Notes: generated by a model not told the origin, from the letters alone. 64,000 bases of DNA from Nitrospirota bacterium (GCA_963703955.1 CAVPGK010000021.1:96001-160000); one strand, 5' to 3'; counted from the stretch's first letter, positions 1 to 10,984 are shown. Made by a program: numbers and translations.

Positions 1-1481
1 AGTTTGAAGCGATCCCCCTCGGCCCCGCACACGGGGCACGTGACCGGGGCATCGCCCTTGCCGATGTAGCCGCAGCCATCGCAGACGAAATAGTTCTGGC
101 TCATCCGATCGAGATACGCCTGCGTGTCTTCGTTGACCTTGGGCTTTTCTTCGACGATTCCGCTCATCATGCCGCTGAGCGTCGAGCCCATCAAATCTTG
201 GCGACGGTGTCATCGGCCTGCATCTTGTTTCGATCAATGCCGGCCGCATCCAGGCTGCCGCCCAACGCCCTCATCGCATCCATCGCGCCCTTCGGGAGGA
301 TATGCCCGACCGCCGCGTCGACCACTGTATTGCTGATGATGGTGTGACCCTTTTCAATGGCATAGCGGTGGATCGCGGTCTTGGCCACGCCGCGGGCGAA
401 GATCGGGATCTTCTCCATCCGGTGCAGCGCTTCCTCGGTCCACGCGATGGTGTACTCGGCCTGGGTATCGATAGGCGGCACATACTTCCGATTGGAGATC
501 AGGACGTGACAGGGAGCGGATCGCAGGAGGTTTTCGGTGTTGCTGCCGATGTCCATCTCGTCGTCGCTGTGCACCCCGATGCGGCCGACATCAGCAGCCA
601 CGGTGTTTCCTTCGCGGCGCACGTATTGCAACGACCTTTTCGAAGGCCTTGCCGTCCAGGAGCGTGGTCTTGATGTCGGTGTCCTCCGGCTTGGGCCAGC
701 TTCCGGGAGATGTCCAGGTGCGACTGGTAGATCTTGGCCAACCCGCTGTCGATGATTTCCTCGTGCAGCTTTTCCTGTTCCTTGAACCGGAAGACCTTGC
801 CGGCTTCTTCATTGAGCACGCCGGAAATGCTGTGGAAGGCGGCGTAGTGAAAGTAAGGGTCGAAGGCGGAGATCGCCTCCACCGGCTTGTTCAGGGCCTT
901 CCCGAGAGCCAGGCGCGGTCATAAGCCCACCGAACGAATATGGGCTGCCGTCCACCGCGACGACGATCTTGCCGCCGTCCATCGGCTGGGTGTGTTTGAC
1001 GATCAGCATGTCCGACGTCCGGACCCGCCGGACAACCCGTTCCGTCTTGCTGCCGATCACACTGTCCTTCACCGCCCCGACGCCCAAGGCGCCCATAATC
1101 ACCAGTTCATAGGCGTTGGTATTGATATCCTCAGCCAGGACCTTCCAAGTTTCGCCCCTCCAGCGACTTGCGCTCGAGGGGGAGGTTCGCCTCCGAACAT
1201 TTCTTATCGACATAATCCAGGTAGGAATCGGTGATGATTTGAAGCCCGCGAGTGATCAGCGAATCGTGGATCTGCCGCTGCCGATCCAGCTCCTTTTCGT
1301 CGTGGTACTCTTCCGGCAGACCGGCCTCCATCTGCTTGAACCGCTTGTCATGCATCTTGGCCGCGTAGACGTGGCTGCCGACGATCTTGGCGCCAAACGT
1401 CTTGGCAAGGCTTACCCCGAGGTCAACGGCCATGTTGGAATGGTCGGAGTTATCGACCGGGATGTAGATCGTCTTGTACAT
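1..1481 (-). CDS. Multidomain universal stress protein (USP-USP-PCP_red-like-rubredoxin-like CxxC/CxxC), 3' end outside window; about 5 apparent frameshifts
   Basis: Consecutive frames give MYKTIYIPVDNSDHS (USP1), GKIVVAVDGSPYS (USP2), IAWTEEALHRMEKIPIFARGVAKTAIHRYA (PCP_red-like) and FVCDGCGYIGKGDAPVTCPVCGA (rubredoxin-like). Shifts near 1145, 910, 690, 630 and 198. Confidence 0.8.
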
Positions 1482-1658
1482 CAGACCCCTCCTTCAGCAC
1501 GCCACGAGCCTCGATCCGGGAGAACAAAGAATCCTAACGATCTCAATGAGTCCGGTGTTTGGAAAGGTGGGGATCATAGCATCGGCCAACTTGCAAATGC
1601 AAGCATTTCCGGATGCTGAAAAAGGGAGGATGGCTCGGCAGAAAGCCACGGCCGGATA

Positions 1659-3269
1659 TTATGAAGACGCGGAACTGATTGAAGGACCGACGGCTTTCCG
1701 CGATCGAAGAATCTCTTCCAACGTGAGGAGAGCATCTCGACCGGAGTTAGTTTCCACCGCTCGGATCAGGTTCTGATCCGCATAGCTTTGAGAGCCATGG
1801 TCGCCTTGCGATAGGGACCCTGACCACGGGCGAGGGTCTTGGCTGCCATGTTTTCTATGCCAGGCCGCCAGGCAGGCTTTGGCAATAATCTTGTTCAGAG
1901 GCGCCGGGTTATACAGCAGCTTCTTGATGCTGCCCGGAGTCAGCATCAAGGGGTTATAGCCCGCCGATAGATACCCCTCCTCCAGCAGACGGTGTTCCAA
2001 ATCCGTGTTCGGCTGAATTCCTAGGAAGAACATCAGCGGAAACACCCGCTCTTCCCCCAAGATCGACGCCACCATCTTGTAAGACTCGATGCTCTGGAGC
2101 AGGGTCTCTTCGGTCTCGTTGGGAGAATTGAGCGAGTAGTTCAGGATAACCTTACCCATAAAGCCTGCCTCGGCCAGGTAGCGGCATCCGTCATAGAGGC
2201 GCTCCAGCTTAAACCCCATGTGCAAGTCATTGAGCACCGCTTGGGAACCGGAGGTAATCGCCACTTCGAGGTCCCCCACTCCCGACCGTACCATGAGTTT
2301 CGCGAGATCAGCCGTGATCAGCGAGGTCCGGATATAGCCTGACCATTCAATGTCCAGTCCGTCGCCAATAATCCGCTCTAGGATCTCGGTGCACTGAGGA
2401 TAGGCTTCTTTTCCCGTGATGAACTGCGCATCCGTGAACCAGAACCGCCGGGCACCCCATTGGTGGTAGTGCTGGGAAATGTCCCCCACGACCATCTCCG
2501 GCGGCCGATACCGCACCCGCTTTCCCTCTATATAGGGATAGAGGCAGAAGGCGCAGTCGTACGGGCACCCCCGCTTGCTCTGCACCCCAATGCACTCGCC
2601 AATGTATTCGGGGTACTGGGGGAAAATCGACGTGAGGTATGGAACGTCGACCGTCGGCGCATCCAGGAGCGCCAGGGCATGCTTTTCTCCCTTCACCGTG
2701 CGCCCGCCCTCGCGGATGATGTAGCGCTCGTCCGCAACCGGCTTTCCCTCGACGACCTTCAGAATGGCGTCCTCCCCTTCTCCGAGAATACCGATGGTTC
2801 CCTCCGGAAGCTTTTCAATCAATTGATCGGCAAAGGCGGTAAAGGCTCCACCGCCCACCATGATCTGAGTCTTCGGTAATTCCTTTCTGATCAGCCAGGG
2901 GTAGGAGAGGTTCAGGCGAATCTCATGGTAATAGCGGTACAAGTGCTTGAGGCCTTGGAAGGAGGCGGCGAGTCGTTTGATCGGGTTGCTCGCGAAATAA
3001 AAGTTAAAGGCGTGCTCCAGCGACGCATCCCCTTCGTGAGGGGAAAAGATCTGGATATCTCGCCAGGAGAAACAGACCAAGTCGGGGGCGAACGCGGAAG
3101 CCGTTTCGCGTAAGACCTGGGCTCGCCGGCCTTGGGGATAGCACGAGAGATCCAGAATGCGCTGGCGGATGTCGGGCCGGCGGCGATGGATGAAATCCGC
3201 CAGATAGGTCACGCCGATGGGATAGACCTTCTTGCACGGGAGGAAGACGTAGAGAATTGAATTGATCAT
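1659..3269 (-). CDS. Cobalamin-binding radical SAM protein (Slr0320-like; probable quinone methyltransferase)
   Basis: CPYDCAFC (CxxxCxxC) motif. N-terminal B12-binding region LPCKKVYPIGVTYLADFIH...FSWRDIQIFSP resembles the cyanobacterial 'PSII high light acclimation' rSAM family. Directly downstream of ubiE. Confidence 0.85.
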   Translation of the reverse strand: MINSILYVFLPCKKVYPIGVTYLADFIHRRRPDIRQRILDLSCYPQGRRAQVLRETASAFAPDLVCFSWRDIQIFSPHEGDASLEHAFNFYFASNPIKRLAASFQGLKHLYRYYHEIRLNLSYPWLIRKELPKTQIMVGGGAFTAFADQLIEKLPEGTIGILGEGEDAILKVVEGKPVADERYIIREGGRTVKGEKHALALLDAPTVDVPYLTSIFPQYPEYIGECIGVQSKRGCPYDCAFCLYPYIEGKRVRYRPPEMVVGDISQHYHQWGARRFWFTDAQFITGKEAYPQCTEILERIIGDGLDIEWSGYIRTSLITADLAKLMVRSGVGDLEVAITSGSQAVLNDLHMGFKLERLYDGCRYLAEAGFMGKVILNYSLNSPNETEETLLQSIESYKMVASILGEERVFPLMFFLGIQPNTDLEHRLLEEGYLSAGYNPLMLTPGSIKKLLYNPAPLNKIIAKACLAAWHRKHGSQDPRPWSGSLSQGDHGSQSYADQNLIRAVETNSGRDALLTLEEILRSRKAVGPSISSASS

Positions 3270-3293
3270 GCGCTGATGGTTGAGACCTCAAGA

Positions 3294-3383
3294 ATTTATT
3301 GATTGTTGATTTGCTGATTCGTAGAGGCGGGCATGTTTCTTTCAGTCGATCTCCAAATCGTCAGATCATCAAATCAGCAAATC
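3294..3383. repeat. Imperfect intergenic palindrome made of short 8-mer repeats
   Basis: GATTGTTGATTTGCTGATT (3301-3319) is complementary to the AATCAGCAAATC / AAATCGTCAGATCATC repeats (3355-3383). Confidence 0.5.
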
Positions 3384-4160
3384 TCACTTCGTCGCGACAT
3401 GGATCGCGACAATCCCGCCGGTCAGATTATGATAGTCCACGCGCCGAAAGCCGGCCTTCAATAACAGACCCTTGAGCGCCTCCTGATCGGGAAATGCGCG
3501 AATCGAGGCCGGCAGATATTCATACACGCCGGTGACGTCTCGCGCGACCCGCGTCCCGATCCAAGGGAGAAGCCGGAATGAGTACCAATCATACGGACTC
3601 CTCAACCATGCGTGTGTGGGGCGCGAAAACTCCAGGCACACGAACCGCCCCCCCGATTTCAGCACACGATGAATTTCAGTCAACGCCTGCATCAGGTTAC
3701 CGACGTTGCGGATGCAGAAGCCGGCTGTCGCGGCGTCGAAATAGTCATTACGGAACCCGAGGCACTCGGCATTCGCGCGCAAACAAAAGACGCGATCGGT
3801 CAGCCCGTGGCCGGCGATCTTCCGCGCCCCTTCGCGCAGCATGGCCGCGTTCAGGTCTGTCGCGACGACGTGTCCCCCCTGTCCCATCCGTTTGTCCAGC
3901 AAGAGGGCCAGATCTCCCGTACCCGCGCCAACATCAACTGCTCGACCGTTGGTCATCTGCGTGACATACGCGACGGCCAGGCGCTTCCACCGGTGATGCA
4001 GGCCGAAACTGAGGAGCGAATTGTTCAGGTCATACCACCGCGCGATCGCGGTGAACATGCGTTGGACCGCTAGTTCTCTGGCCTGCCCGGACCACGCGGA
4101 CACAGCAGTTGGGGGAGGCTCCTCATGCGGGCTCTCCAGTCTTCTCGTTTGATGAAGCAT
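3384..4160 (-). CDS. ubiE: UbiE/MenG family quinone C-methyltransferase
   Basis: VQRMFTAIARWYDLNNSLLSFGLHHRWK, DVGAGTGD SAM motif, YEYLPASIRAFPDQ, LTGGIVAIH. Confidence 0.93.
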   Translation of the reverse strand: MLHQTRRLESPHEEPPPTAVSAWSGQARELAVQRMFTAIARWYDLNNSLLSFGLHHRWKRLAVAYVTQMTNGRAVDVGAGTGDLALLLDKRMGQGGHVVATDLNAAMLREGARKIAGHGLTDRVFCLRANAECLGFRNDYFDAATAGFCIRNVGNLMQALTEIHRVLKSGGRFVCLEFSRPTHAWLRSPYDWYSFRLLPWIGTRVARDVTGVYEYLPASIRAFPDQEALKGLLLKAGFRRVDYHNLTGGIVAIHVATK

Positions 4161-4268
4161 TCGATGGACCTAGCACCCGCACGAACACTTTGTCAAGGTG
4201 ACCGCCCTTGTGTTCGTTCGGCGAGGAACGTATAGTCTGCCCGAATCTGCTGCTCTCAAGGAGGCCAC

Positions 4269-4598
4269 ATGAGACCGTCTCGTTTGTTGTTGTCTCTGTT
4301 CCTTTTCTTTCCATCTTTGGCCCTCGCTGGAGAAATCCGCGGCACCATCTCCGAGGGAAGTAAGCCGGTCGGAGCCGGGGTGTCGATCGACGTGCGCTGT
4401 GGGAACAACGCCTATTCCGCGACTACCGACAAATTCGGATCCTATCGACTGTTCGTGCCCGACAAGGGCACGTGCGCCCTGCAGGTCCACTACCAGAATC
4501 AATCGCCGTCCCGTGAGATCATCTCATTCGAAGACTCGACCCGCTACGATCTGGTGCTGGGGAAAGAAGGGGGACAATACGTGCTGCGGAGGCAATAG
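4269..4598 (+). CDS. Small secreted beta-sandwich protein (carboxypeptidase regulatory-like domain)
   Basis: GGAGG RBS, Sec signal peptide (..SLALA|GEI), GEIRGTI...TTDKFGSYRL pattern. Confidence 0.7.
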   Translation: MRPSRLLLSLFLFFPSLALAGEIRGTISEGSKPVGAGVSIDVRCGNNAYSATTDKFGSYRLFVPDKGTCALQVHYQNQSPSREIISFEDSTRYDLVLGKEGGQYVLRRQ

Positions 4599-5473
4599 TG
4601 GCGGACAAGGAACGGGATGCCTGGGATAAGGCAGCCGTTATTCTTAAGTCGCTGGGAGGATTCGTCACGGCCGCTGTCGTGGCCCTCTTGGGGATCGTCG
4701 GCTCCAGCTATCTGAACGAGAAGCAGAAGATTGATACGAATGTCCGGCTGTATACCGAGCTGATGAGCAAGCGCGAGGAGTCTGAAAGCGCGCTGCGCAA
4801 AGATATGTTCACGTCCATCATCGATACCTTCCTCAAACCACAGGCACCCTCGCTGGATGTCAGAGTTCTGAACCTGGAACTCCTCGCCTACAATTTTCAT
4901 GAATCACTGAATCTCAAGCCGCTGTTCGCGCATATTGATCAGCAAATACGGCAATCGAGCCATCCGTCTAAACAGGAGTACCGCCAGCGCTTGAACAAGG
5001 TCGCGCGCGAGATCACGAGAAAGCAGATGGTCGTGCTCGAAGGAGCCGGGAAGAAGTTCGAGCGCAAATTCAATCTGACGAATGTCCCCAAGTCCAAGGC
5101 GGGGCTGTCGGTTGAATTAGAAGAGCAGGATCTGACGTTGGAAGGAATCGAGCGGGAATTTCGAGTCTACGTCATGGAAGTCAACGAGGAAACTCAAGAA
5201 CTCAGGCTCCGGCTCGAAGTGATCACAGCGGGACAGGCCGCCGATCCGTTCACGACGAACAGCGTCGAGTTCTGGGTAGGGTTTTTCGACTTCCCGATGA
5301 TCGACCACACGCGGTTGTCCCATGACCAACGCTGCGCGATCACGCTGAACAATTTCGAAGATTCGTTCGCCAACATCACCGTGGTCTATTTCCCCGGCTC
5401 CTACGCCAGCCTCAAGGAAAAACCGTACTACCAGGAAGTGGTCAAAGAGCTGCTCAAAACGACCGCTCCGTAG
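4598..5473 (+). CDS. Hypothetical protein with a single N-terminal TM helix
   Basis: 291-aa ORF whose GTG start overlaps the upstream TAG stop (translational coupling); hydrophobic helix at residues ~12-37. Confidence 0.75.
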   Translation: MADKERDAWDKAAVILKSLGGFVTAAVVALLGIVGSSYLNEKQKIDTNVRLYTELMSKREESESALRKDMFTSIIDTFLKPQAPSLDVRVLNLELLAYNFHESLNLKPLFAHIDQQIRQSSHPSKQEYRQRLNKVAREITRKQMVVLEGAGKKFERKFNLTNVPKSKAGLSVELEEQDLTLEGIEREFRVYVMEVNEETQELRLRLEVITAGQAADPFTTNSVEFWVGFFDFPMIDHTRLSHDQRCAITLNNFEDSFANITVVYFPGSYASLKEKPYYQEVVKELLKTTAP

Positions 5474-5721
5474 GCATCCACCCTGACGTATTCACTGGGG
5501 AGGTAAGACCCATGTTCCCGTTTGTGCTTCTGGTCTGATTCCTCTTATGATCCTCGGCTTGCTGATCGCCGACAGACGCGGCCAAAGCCAAGCCAGTTGA
5601 AAGGTGCGCCCGACGGTTTCACCTTCTGCTTCCTACCCCATGATATAATCCCGCACCTCTTTGAAAAAGTGCTGGGTGCTGAGCTAGCTGAGGGCCTCCC
5701 CTTAGGAATCTTACAGAAGAC

Positions 5722-8229
5722 ATGAGTCAGTCGATTATCATACGCGGGGCGCGGGAGCATAACCTCAAAAATCTCGACGTCGAGATTCCGCGGGACCAGC
5801 TCGTGGTCATCACGGGCTTGAGCGGATCGGGCAAGTCGTCGCTGGCCTTCGACACGATCTACGCGGAAGGCCAGCGCCGGTACGTGGAGTCCCTCTCCGC
5901 CTACGCCCGTCAGTTCCTCGAACAGATGGGCAAGCCCGACGTCGATTCGATCGAGGGACTTTCCCCCGCCATTTCGATCGAACAGAAGAGCACCAGCCAT
6001 AATCCCCGGTCCACCGTCGGCACGGTCACCGAGATTTACGATTACCTCCGCCTGCTGTTTGCTCGGGTCGGCCATCCGTTCTGTTTCAATTGCGGCGAAG
6101 AAATCACGGCTCAGACCGTTCAGCAAATGGTGGATGCGATCCGCACCCTGCCCGATGGAGCCAAATTTCAAGTATTGGCCCCGATCGTGCGTGGGCGGAA
6201 GGGCGAGTACAAGAAAGAGTTGCTGGATATGCGGCGGGCCGGCTACGTGCGCGCCAGGATCGACGGCCAACTGATCGATCTTGGCGAGGAGATCTCCCTC
6301 GACAAGCAAAAAAAGCACACGATCGAGATCATCGTCGATCGCCTGCTCATGAAACCGGGCGAGGCGCTGGCCCGTCGGTTGGCCGACTCGGTGGAGACCG
6401 CACTCAAGCTAGCGGACGGCCTCGTCGCCGTGCTCACCGATGGTGACAAAGAACTGCTCTATAGCGAGAAGCTGGCGTGCGTTCGCTGTGGGGTGAGTTA
6501 CCCCGAGATTACGCCGCGCATTTTTTCGTTCAATAGCCCGCACGGCGCCTGCCCGGCCTGCGACGGGATCGGCTACGCCGTCACGCCCGGCTGCCCCGAG
6601 GAAGAGGACTTCACGTTGCTGGATCTCTGTCCCGTCTGCAAGGGCGCGCGGCTCAGGCCGGAAAGCCTGTCGGTGAAGATCGGACGGCGATCGATCGCTG
6701 AGGTTACGCAACTCTCGGTTCGCGCGGCGTCGGACTATTTCCACACGCTCACCCTGACCGAGCGCGAGACCTTCATCGCGCAACGTATTCTAAAAGAGAT
6801 CCGCGAGCGGCTCGGGTTCCTGGTCAATGTCGGGTTGGACTATCTGACCCTGGACCGAGCGGCCGCCACGTTGTCCGGCGGTGAAGGGCAGCGCATCCGC
6901 CTAGCCACGCAAATCGGATCGGGGCTCGTCGGGGTCCTGTATATTCTCGACGAGCCGTCCATCGGCCTGCACCAACGCGACAACCGACGCCTGCTCCAGA
7001 CCCTGCTCCGACTGCGCGACATGGGCAACACCATCGTGGTGGTGGAACACGACGCCGAGACGATGCGGGCTGCGAACCATATCCTGGACATGGGACCCGG
7101 CGCGGGCGCGCACGGCGGCCGGATTATCGCGCAAGGCACGCCTGATCAGATCATGGCGAATCCCGCGTCGCTGACCGGCCAATATCTGCAAGGAAAGCAA
7201 TCCGTCACTCTGCCGAATCGGAAACGCCAGCCGAAAGGGTTTCTCGTCATCATGGGCGCGCGGAAACACAATCTGAAAGCGATCACCGCTCGGATTCCGC
7301 TCGGGTTGCTGACCTGCGTGACGGGGGTGTCCGGGTCCGGGAAAAGCACCCTTGTGTTGGAGGTCCTGTTCCACTCGCTGTCGCAACTGCTCTACCACAA
7401 ACAGCCGAAGATCGATGGGTGCAAGAAACTCACAGGGGTTGAGGCATTGGACAAGGTGATCGATATCGATCAGTCGCCGATCGGTCGGACGCCGCGATCG
7501 AACCCGGCTACCTATACTGGTCTGTTCACCTTCATCCGGGATCTGTTTGCTAATCTGCCGGAGTCGCGAGTGCGAGGGTATAAGCCGGGCCGGTACAGCT
7601 TTAACGTAAAGGGGGGCCGCTGTGAGGCCTGCGAAGGGGACGGCCTCATCAAGATCGAAATGCATTTCTTGCCGGACATCTATGTCACCTGCGAGGTCTG
7701 CAAGGGTCAGCGGTACAACCGGGAGACGTTGGAGATTCGTCACAAGGACAAGAGCATCGCCGACATCCTGAACATGACGGTGGACGAGGCCTTGGAGTTT
7801 TTCGAGCACATTCCGTTCATCAAAGCCAAGCTTCAAACCCTACACGATGTGGGGTTGCACTACATCAAACTCGGCCAATCCGCGACCACCCTCTCCGGGG
7901 GGGAAGCGCAGCGAGTCAAGCTCTCACGCGAACTTTCGAAGCGGGCAACCGGTCGCACGCTCTATATATTGGATGAGCCGACCACCGGCCTGCACTTCGC
8001 CGATATTCAGCGTCTCATGGATGTATTGAACCGGCTCGTGGAGGCCGGCAACACCGTCCTGGTGATCGAGCATAACCTCGATGTCATCAGGAACTCCGAC
8101 TGGATTATTGATCTGGGGCCGGAGGGCGGCGATCGAGGCGGAGAGATCGTGGCAGAGGGGAAACCGTCCGATCTGGCGCTCGTCCCGCAATCGTACACCG
8201 GCCAAGTGCTGCGCCAAGCCGGCGTATGA
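5722..8229 (+). CDS. uvrA: Excinuclease ABC subunit A (lacks the insertion domain)
   Basis: [32 protein letters not shown], two LSGGE signatures, zinc-finger Cys pairs. Confidence 0.98.
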   Translation: MSQSIIIRGAREHNLKNLDVEIPRDQLVVITGLSGSGKSSLAFDTIYAEGQRRYVESLSAYARQFLEQMGKPDVDSIEGLSPAISIEQKSTSHNPRSTVGTVTEIYDYLRLLFARVGHPFCFNCGEEITAQTVQQMVDAIRTLPDGAKFQVLAPIVRGRKGEYKKELLDMRRAGYVRARIDGQLIDLGEEISLDKQKKHTIEIIVDRLLMKPGEALARRLADSVETALKLADGLVAVLTDGDKELLYSEKLACVRCGVSYPEITPRIFSFNSPHGACPACDGIGYAVTPGCPEEEDFTLLDLCPVCKGARLRPESLSVKIGRRSIAEVTQLSVRAASDYFHTLTLTERETFIAQRILKEIRERLGFLVNVGLDYLTLDRAAATLSGGEGQRIRLATQIGSGLVGVLYILDEPSIGLHQRDNRRLLQTLLRLRDMGNTIVVVEHDAETMRAANHILDMGPGAGAHGGRIIAQGTPDQIMANPASLTGQYLQGKQSVTLPNRKRQPKGFLVIMGARKHNLKAITARIPLGLLTCVTGVSGSGKSTLVLEVLFHSLSQLLYHKQPKIDGCKKLTGVEALDKVIDIDQSPIGRTPRSNPATYTGLFTFIRDLFANLPESRVRGYKPGRYSFNVKGGRCEACEGDGLIKIEMHFLPDIYVTCEVCKGQRYNRETLEIRHKDKSIADILNMTVDEALEFFEHIPFIKAKLQTLHDVGLHYIKLGQSATTLSGGEAQRVKLSRELSKRATGRTLYILDEPTTGLHFADIQRLMDVLNRLVEAGNTVLVIEHNLDVIRNSDWIIDLGPEGGDRGGEIVAEGKPSDLALVPQSYTGQVLRQAGV

Positions 8230-8559
8230 AGAAGCGGGCCGAGTGACTCCCCGTCGGATAACGTAACCCCTGCCCGTAACCCCTGCCCATTGTCCAGACG
8301 GTTCAGTCAATCATCCATGTCGTGCACGTCGGGTGAACTTTTCGCGTAGGATGACGTTTGGGGGATGCGAACACAAGGAATTTACACAAACGTAATAGAA
8401 GGTTTCTTTTCTGGTAATGAGTTGTGGCTAGAATGGGGCCACCAAATTGAGTGCTGAGAGGGCGGCAGAAAGATCGAGAATTCTATAAGATAAGAGAGAC
8501 TTCGGCTGATATGTACCCCTCCACCTATCTGCTGTCTGCGTACGTTGGAAATTTGACTC

Positions 8560-8589
8560 TTGACTTTTCAGTAGCAGTGTCGTTATTAT
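8560..8589 (+). promoter_or_regulatory. Putative sigma70 promoter upstream of the PHA cluster
   Basis: TTGACT-N18-TATTAT. Confidence 0.4.
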
Positions 8590-8950
8590 CGCGTTCTCGC
8601 AAGGAACACCTTCGGAGACCCACGCCACGAAGTGATGCGGGCCGGTTATCCTCGCGTTGGCGGTGGGACCCCCACTGGGAACCTAACGGGCACACTGTTC
8701 ATGGAGCCTCGACGAGGTGCGTGGCTTTGTGGTCAGGAGCCGCAGTAGCTAAGTCGGTGAGAACGCAGGAGGCTTAAGCATGGAACAGAAGAAAGCGAAG
8801 AGAAGCGAGAGAGAAGCAAAGGGTGAACAGAAAACAAGGAAGGAGGAAGGAGCGAGGGTTGGTGCTGAAGTAGAGAGACGACTGGAAGCAGTGAAGGTGG
8901 AACCTAAACAGCCTGAACCATCAGGCGAACAAGAAAACAGGAGGTCAAGC

Positions 8951-9391
8951 ATGATTGCGACAGAATTGAATACGGAACAACTGAAGACTGAGTACAGCGG
9001 AATGGTCAAGGCCTGGAAGGATGGTTATCTCCAGGGCTTGGACGCGTGCTTGCAGTTGCAAGCCGAGAGTCAGCGTCTGATCAAGGACTCGGTCAAGCAA
9101 GGATTCTCGGGATCGCGCCAATTCTTTACCCGGTGGAAGGATTGGGTCGAGGATCAAACCCAACGGCAGACAGACATCCAACAGAAGCAGATTAACGGAG
9201 TGAATCCTTTTCTGGGGTTCACGAGGCAGTCTACTGAGGCTGTGATGGCTACAGTCGAGCCGCTCTTAAAGAATTCTGAAGAGGCTGTTGAGAGTTCATT
9301 CGGCTATTATGAGAATGCCGTGGCGACTCCATCACGAAAATATGTTCGCGAAATCAACAAGCAGGTGTTGAACGCTGTCATTCCCAGCTGA
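8951..9391 (+). CDS. Phasin-like helical protein (PHA granule-associated candidate)
   Basis: GGAGG RBS before ATG 8951; amphipathic Q/E/K-rich helices; first gene before phaA. Confidence 0.55.
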   Translation: MIATELNTEQLKTEYSGMVKAWKDGYLQGLDACLQLQAESQRLIKDSVKQGFSGSRQFFTRWKDWVEDQTQRQTDIQQKQINGVNPFLGFTRQSTEAVMATVEPLLKNSEEAVESSFGYYENAVATPSRKYVREINKQVLNAVIPS

Positions 9392-9420
9392 GCCTCAGGA
9401 GTTCAGATGAGTGTCCTGAT

Positions 9421-9456
9421 GACTGAGGAGGGTTTTGTGTCTTGCCCTCCTCAGTC
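9421..9456 (+). terminator. 12-bp stem hairpin after the phasin-like gene
   Basis: GACTGAGGAGGG-N12-CCCTCCTCAGTC perfect stem; no clear U-tract. Confidence 0.45.
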
Positions 9457-9732
9457 TCTACCTGGTGCCTGCTAGCCCCGCGAGTTGGTATCTCCGGCAC
9501 TCTCCCAGTGGGGAATTTCAACAAGATCGACAATAGCGGTGGCATGGTGTTCCCAGAAGGCGTCATCCATGGCTGTGGAGTCATTTCGCCAGAAAACCTA
9601 CTGGACTTGTATGCCTAGTGAGCCTAATATATTTGATTGTCCTCTTATTAAATACGTCAGAAATACAGCTAACGAACGGAGGCAGCCTGCACCCGACCAA
9701 GACTGGGAACCTTGTGGGCAAGGAGGTGGCTT

Positions 9733-10905
9733 ATGCGGCAGGTGGTTATAGCGGGGGCGGTGAGGACGCCGATCGGAAACTTGAATGGATCGCTCAGCAC
9801 CATGAGCGCCACGACTCTGGGAAGCTATGTCATTCGAGAAGCGATACGGCGCGCTCATCTCAACCCTGAAGCGGTGGATGAAGTGATTATGGGGAATGTG
9901 CTTCCGGCAGGGCTTGGTCAAGCCCCTGCCCGGCAGGCCGCGAAGGGCGCGGGGCTTGCGGACACCGTCTCCGCCACGACGATCAACAAGGTGTGTGGAT
10001 CCGGTTTGAAGGCAGTCATGATGGCCTACCAGGCGATTCAGTCAGGAGACGCCGATGTCGTAGTGGCAGGGGGCATGGAGAGCATGAGTCGGGCTCCCTA
10101 CATCCTGGAGCGGGCCAGGTCGGGATACCAGTCGGGGCATGGAGAGCTCATCGACAGCATGATCAAGGATGGACTGTGGGATCCGTATGAGAATGCGTCA
10201 ATGGGCACATGCGGAGAACTTTGCGCTGCCAAGTATCAACTCTCTCGGGAGGAGCAGGACGACTTTTCGGTTCAAAGCTATGCCAAAGCGCTCAAAGCTC
10301 AACGGGAGGGATGGTTTCGTGACGAGATCGTCGAGGTTGAAGTCCCCGGAAAACAGCCGGTCCGCATTCGGGATGATGAACGCCTGAGCCGTTTTGACGA
10401 AGCCAAGTTGAGGAAACTTCGACCCGCCTTCAAACCGGATGGAACGATTACCGCCGGCAATGCATCCGGCATGAATGACGGGGCGGCAGCGGTGGTAGTG
10501 CTTTCTGAGGAACGCGCGGCCTCCCTGGGTATTACTCCGATGGCGAGGATTCTCGGTTTTACCCAAAAGGCGGTCGCACCTGAATGGTTCACGATTGCCC
10601 CGATCCAAGCGCTCTCGGCCCTGTTGAGCAAGCTTAAAGTCAATGTGGACCAGATCGATCTCTATGAAGTGAACGAAGCGTTCGCGGTGGTGCCGATGGC
10701 GGCGATCAAGGAATTGCGACTGAATCCGGAACGAGTCAATATTCATGGCGGGGCTGTGGCACTTGGTCATCCTCTTGGAGCCACGGGTGCGCGATTGCTC
10801 GCCACGCTGCTGTACGCCCTCAAACGCACAGGAAAGAAACGGGGGATCGCGAGTCCTTGCATCGGCGGTGGAGAAGCCGTCGCTCTCGCTGTAGAAATGA
10901 TCTGA
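9733..10905 (+). CDS. phaA: Acetyl-CoA C-acetyltransferase (beta-ketothiolase)
   Basis: AVRTPIG, INKVCGSGLKA (catalytic Cys), NEAFA, GHPLGATG, CIGGG; AGGAGG RBS. Confidence 0.93.
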   Translation: MRQVVIAGAVRTPIGNLNGSLSTMSATTLGSYVIREAIRRAHLNPEAVDEVIMGNVLPAGLGQAPARQAAKGAGLADTVSATTINKVCGSGLKAVMMAYQAIQSGDADVVVAGGMESMSRAPYILERARSGYQSGHGELIDSMIKDGLWDPYENASMGTCGELCAAKYQLSREEQDDFSVQSYAKALKAQREGWFRDEIVEVEVPGKQPVRIRDDERLSRFDEAKLRKLRPAFKPDGTITAGNASGMNDGAAAVVVLSEERAASLGITPMARILGFTQKAVAPEWFTIAPIQALSALLSKLKVNVDQIDLYEVNEAFAVVPMAAIKELRLNPERVNIHGGAVALGHPLGATGARLLATLLYALKRTGKKRGIASPCIGGGEAVALAVEMI

Positions 10906-10984
10906 CATCCTGACGATCGGCGCCGCATAGCAGCGGGGATCGTGTTGCCCACAAGCGGAACGCAAAAGGAAATAAGGAGTGCAA

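Noticed and set aside
5545..7836. Long antisense ORFs over uvrA (257 aa, 311 aa)
   Set aside because: Shadow ORFs of a high-GC coding strand; no motifs
8780..8950. K/E/R-rich N-terminal extension of the phasin-like ORF
   Set aside because: A better RBS precedes ATG 8951; the extension may be a purine-rich leader, though it cannot be fully excluded
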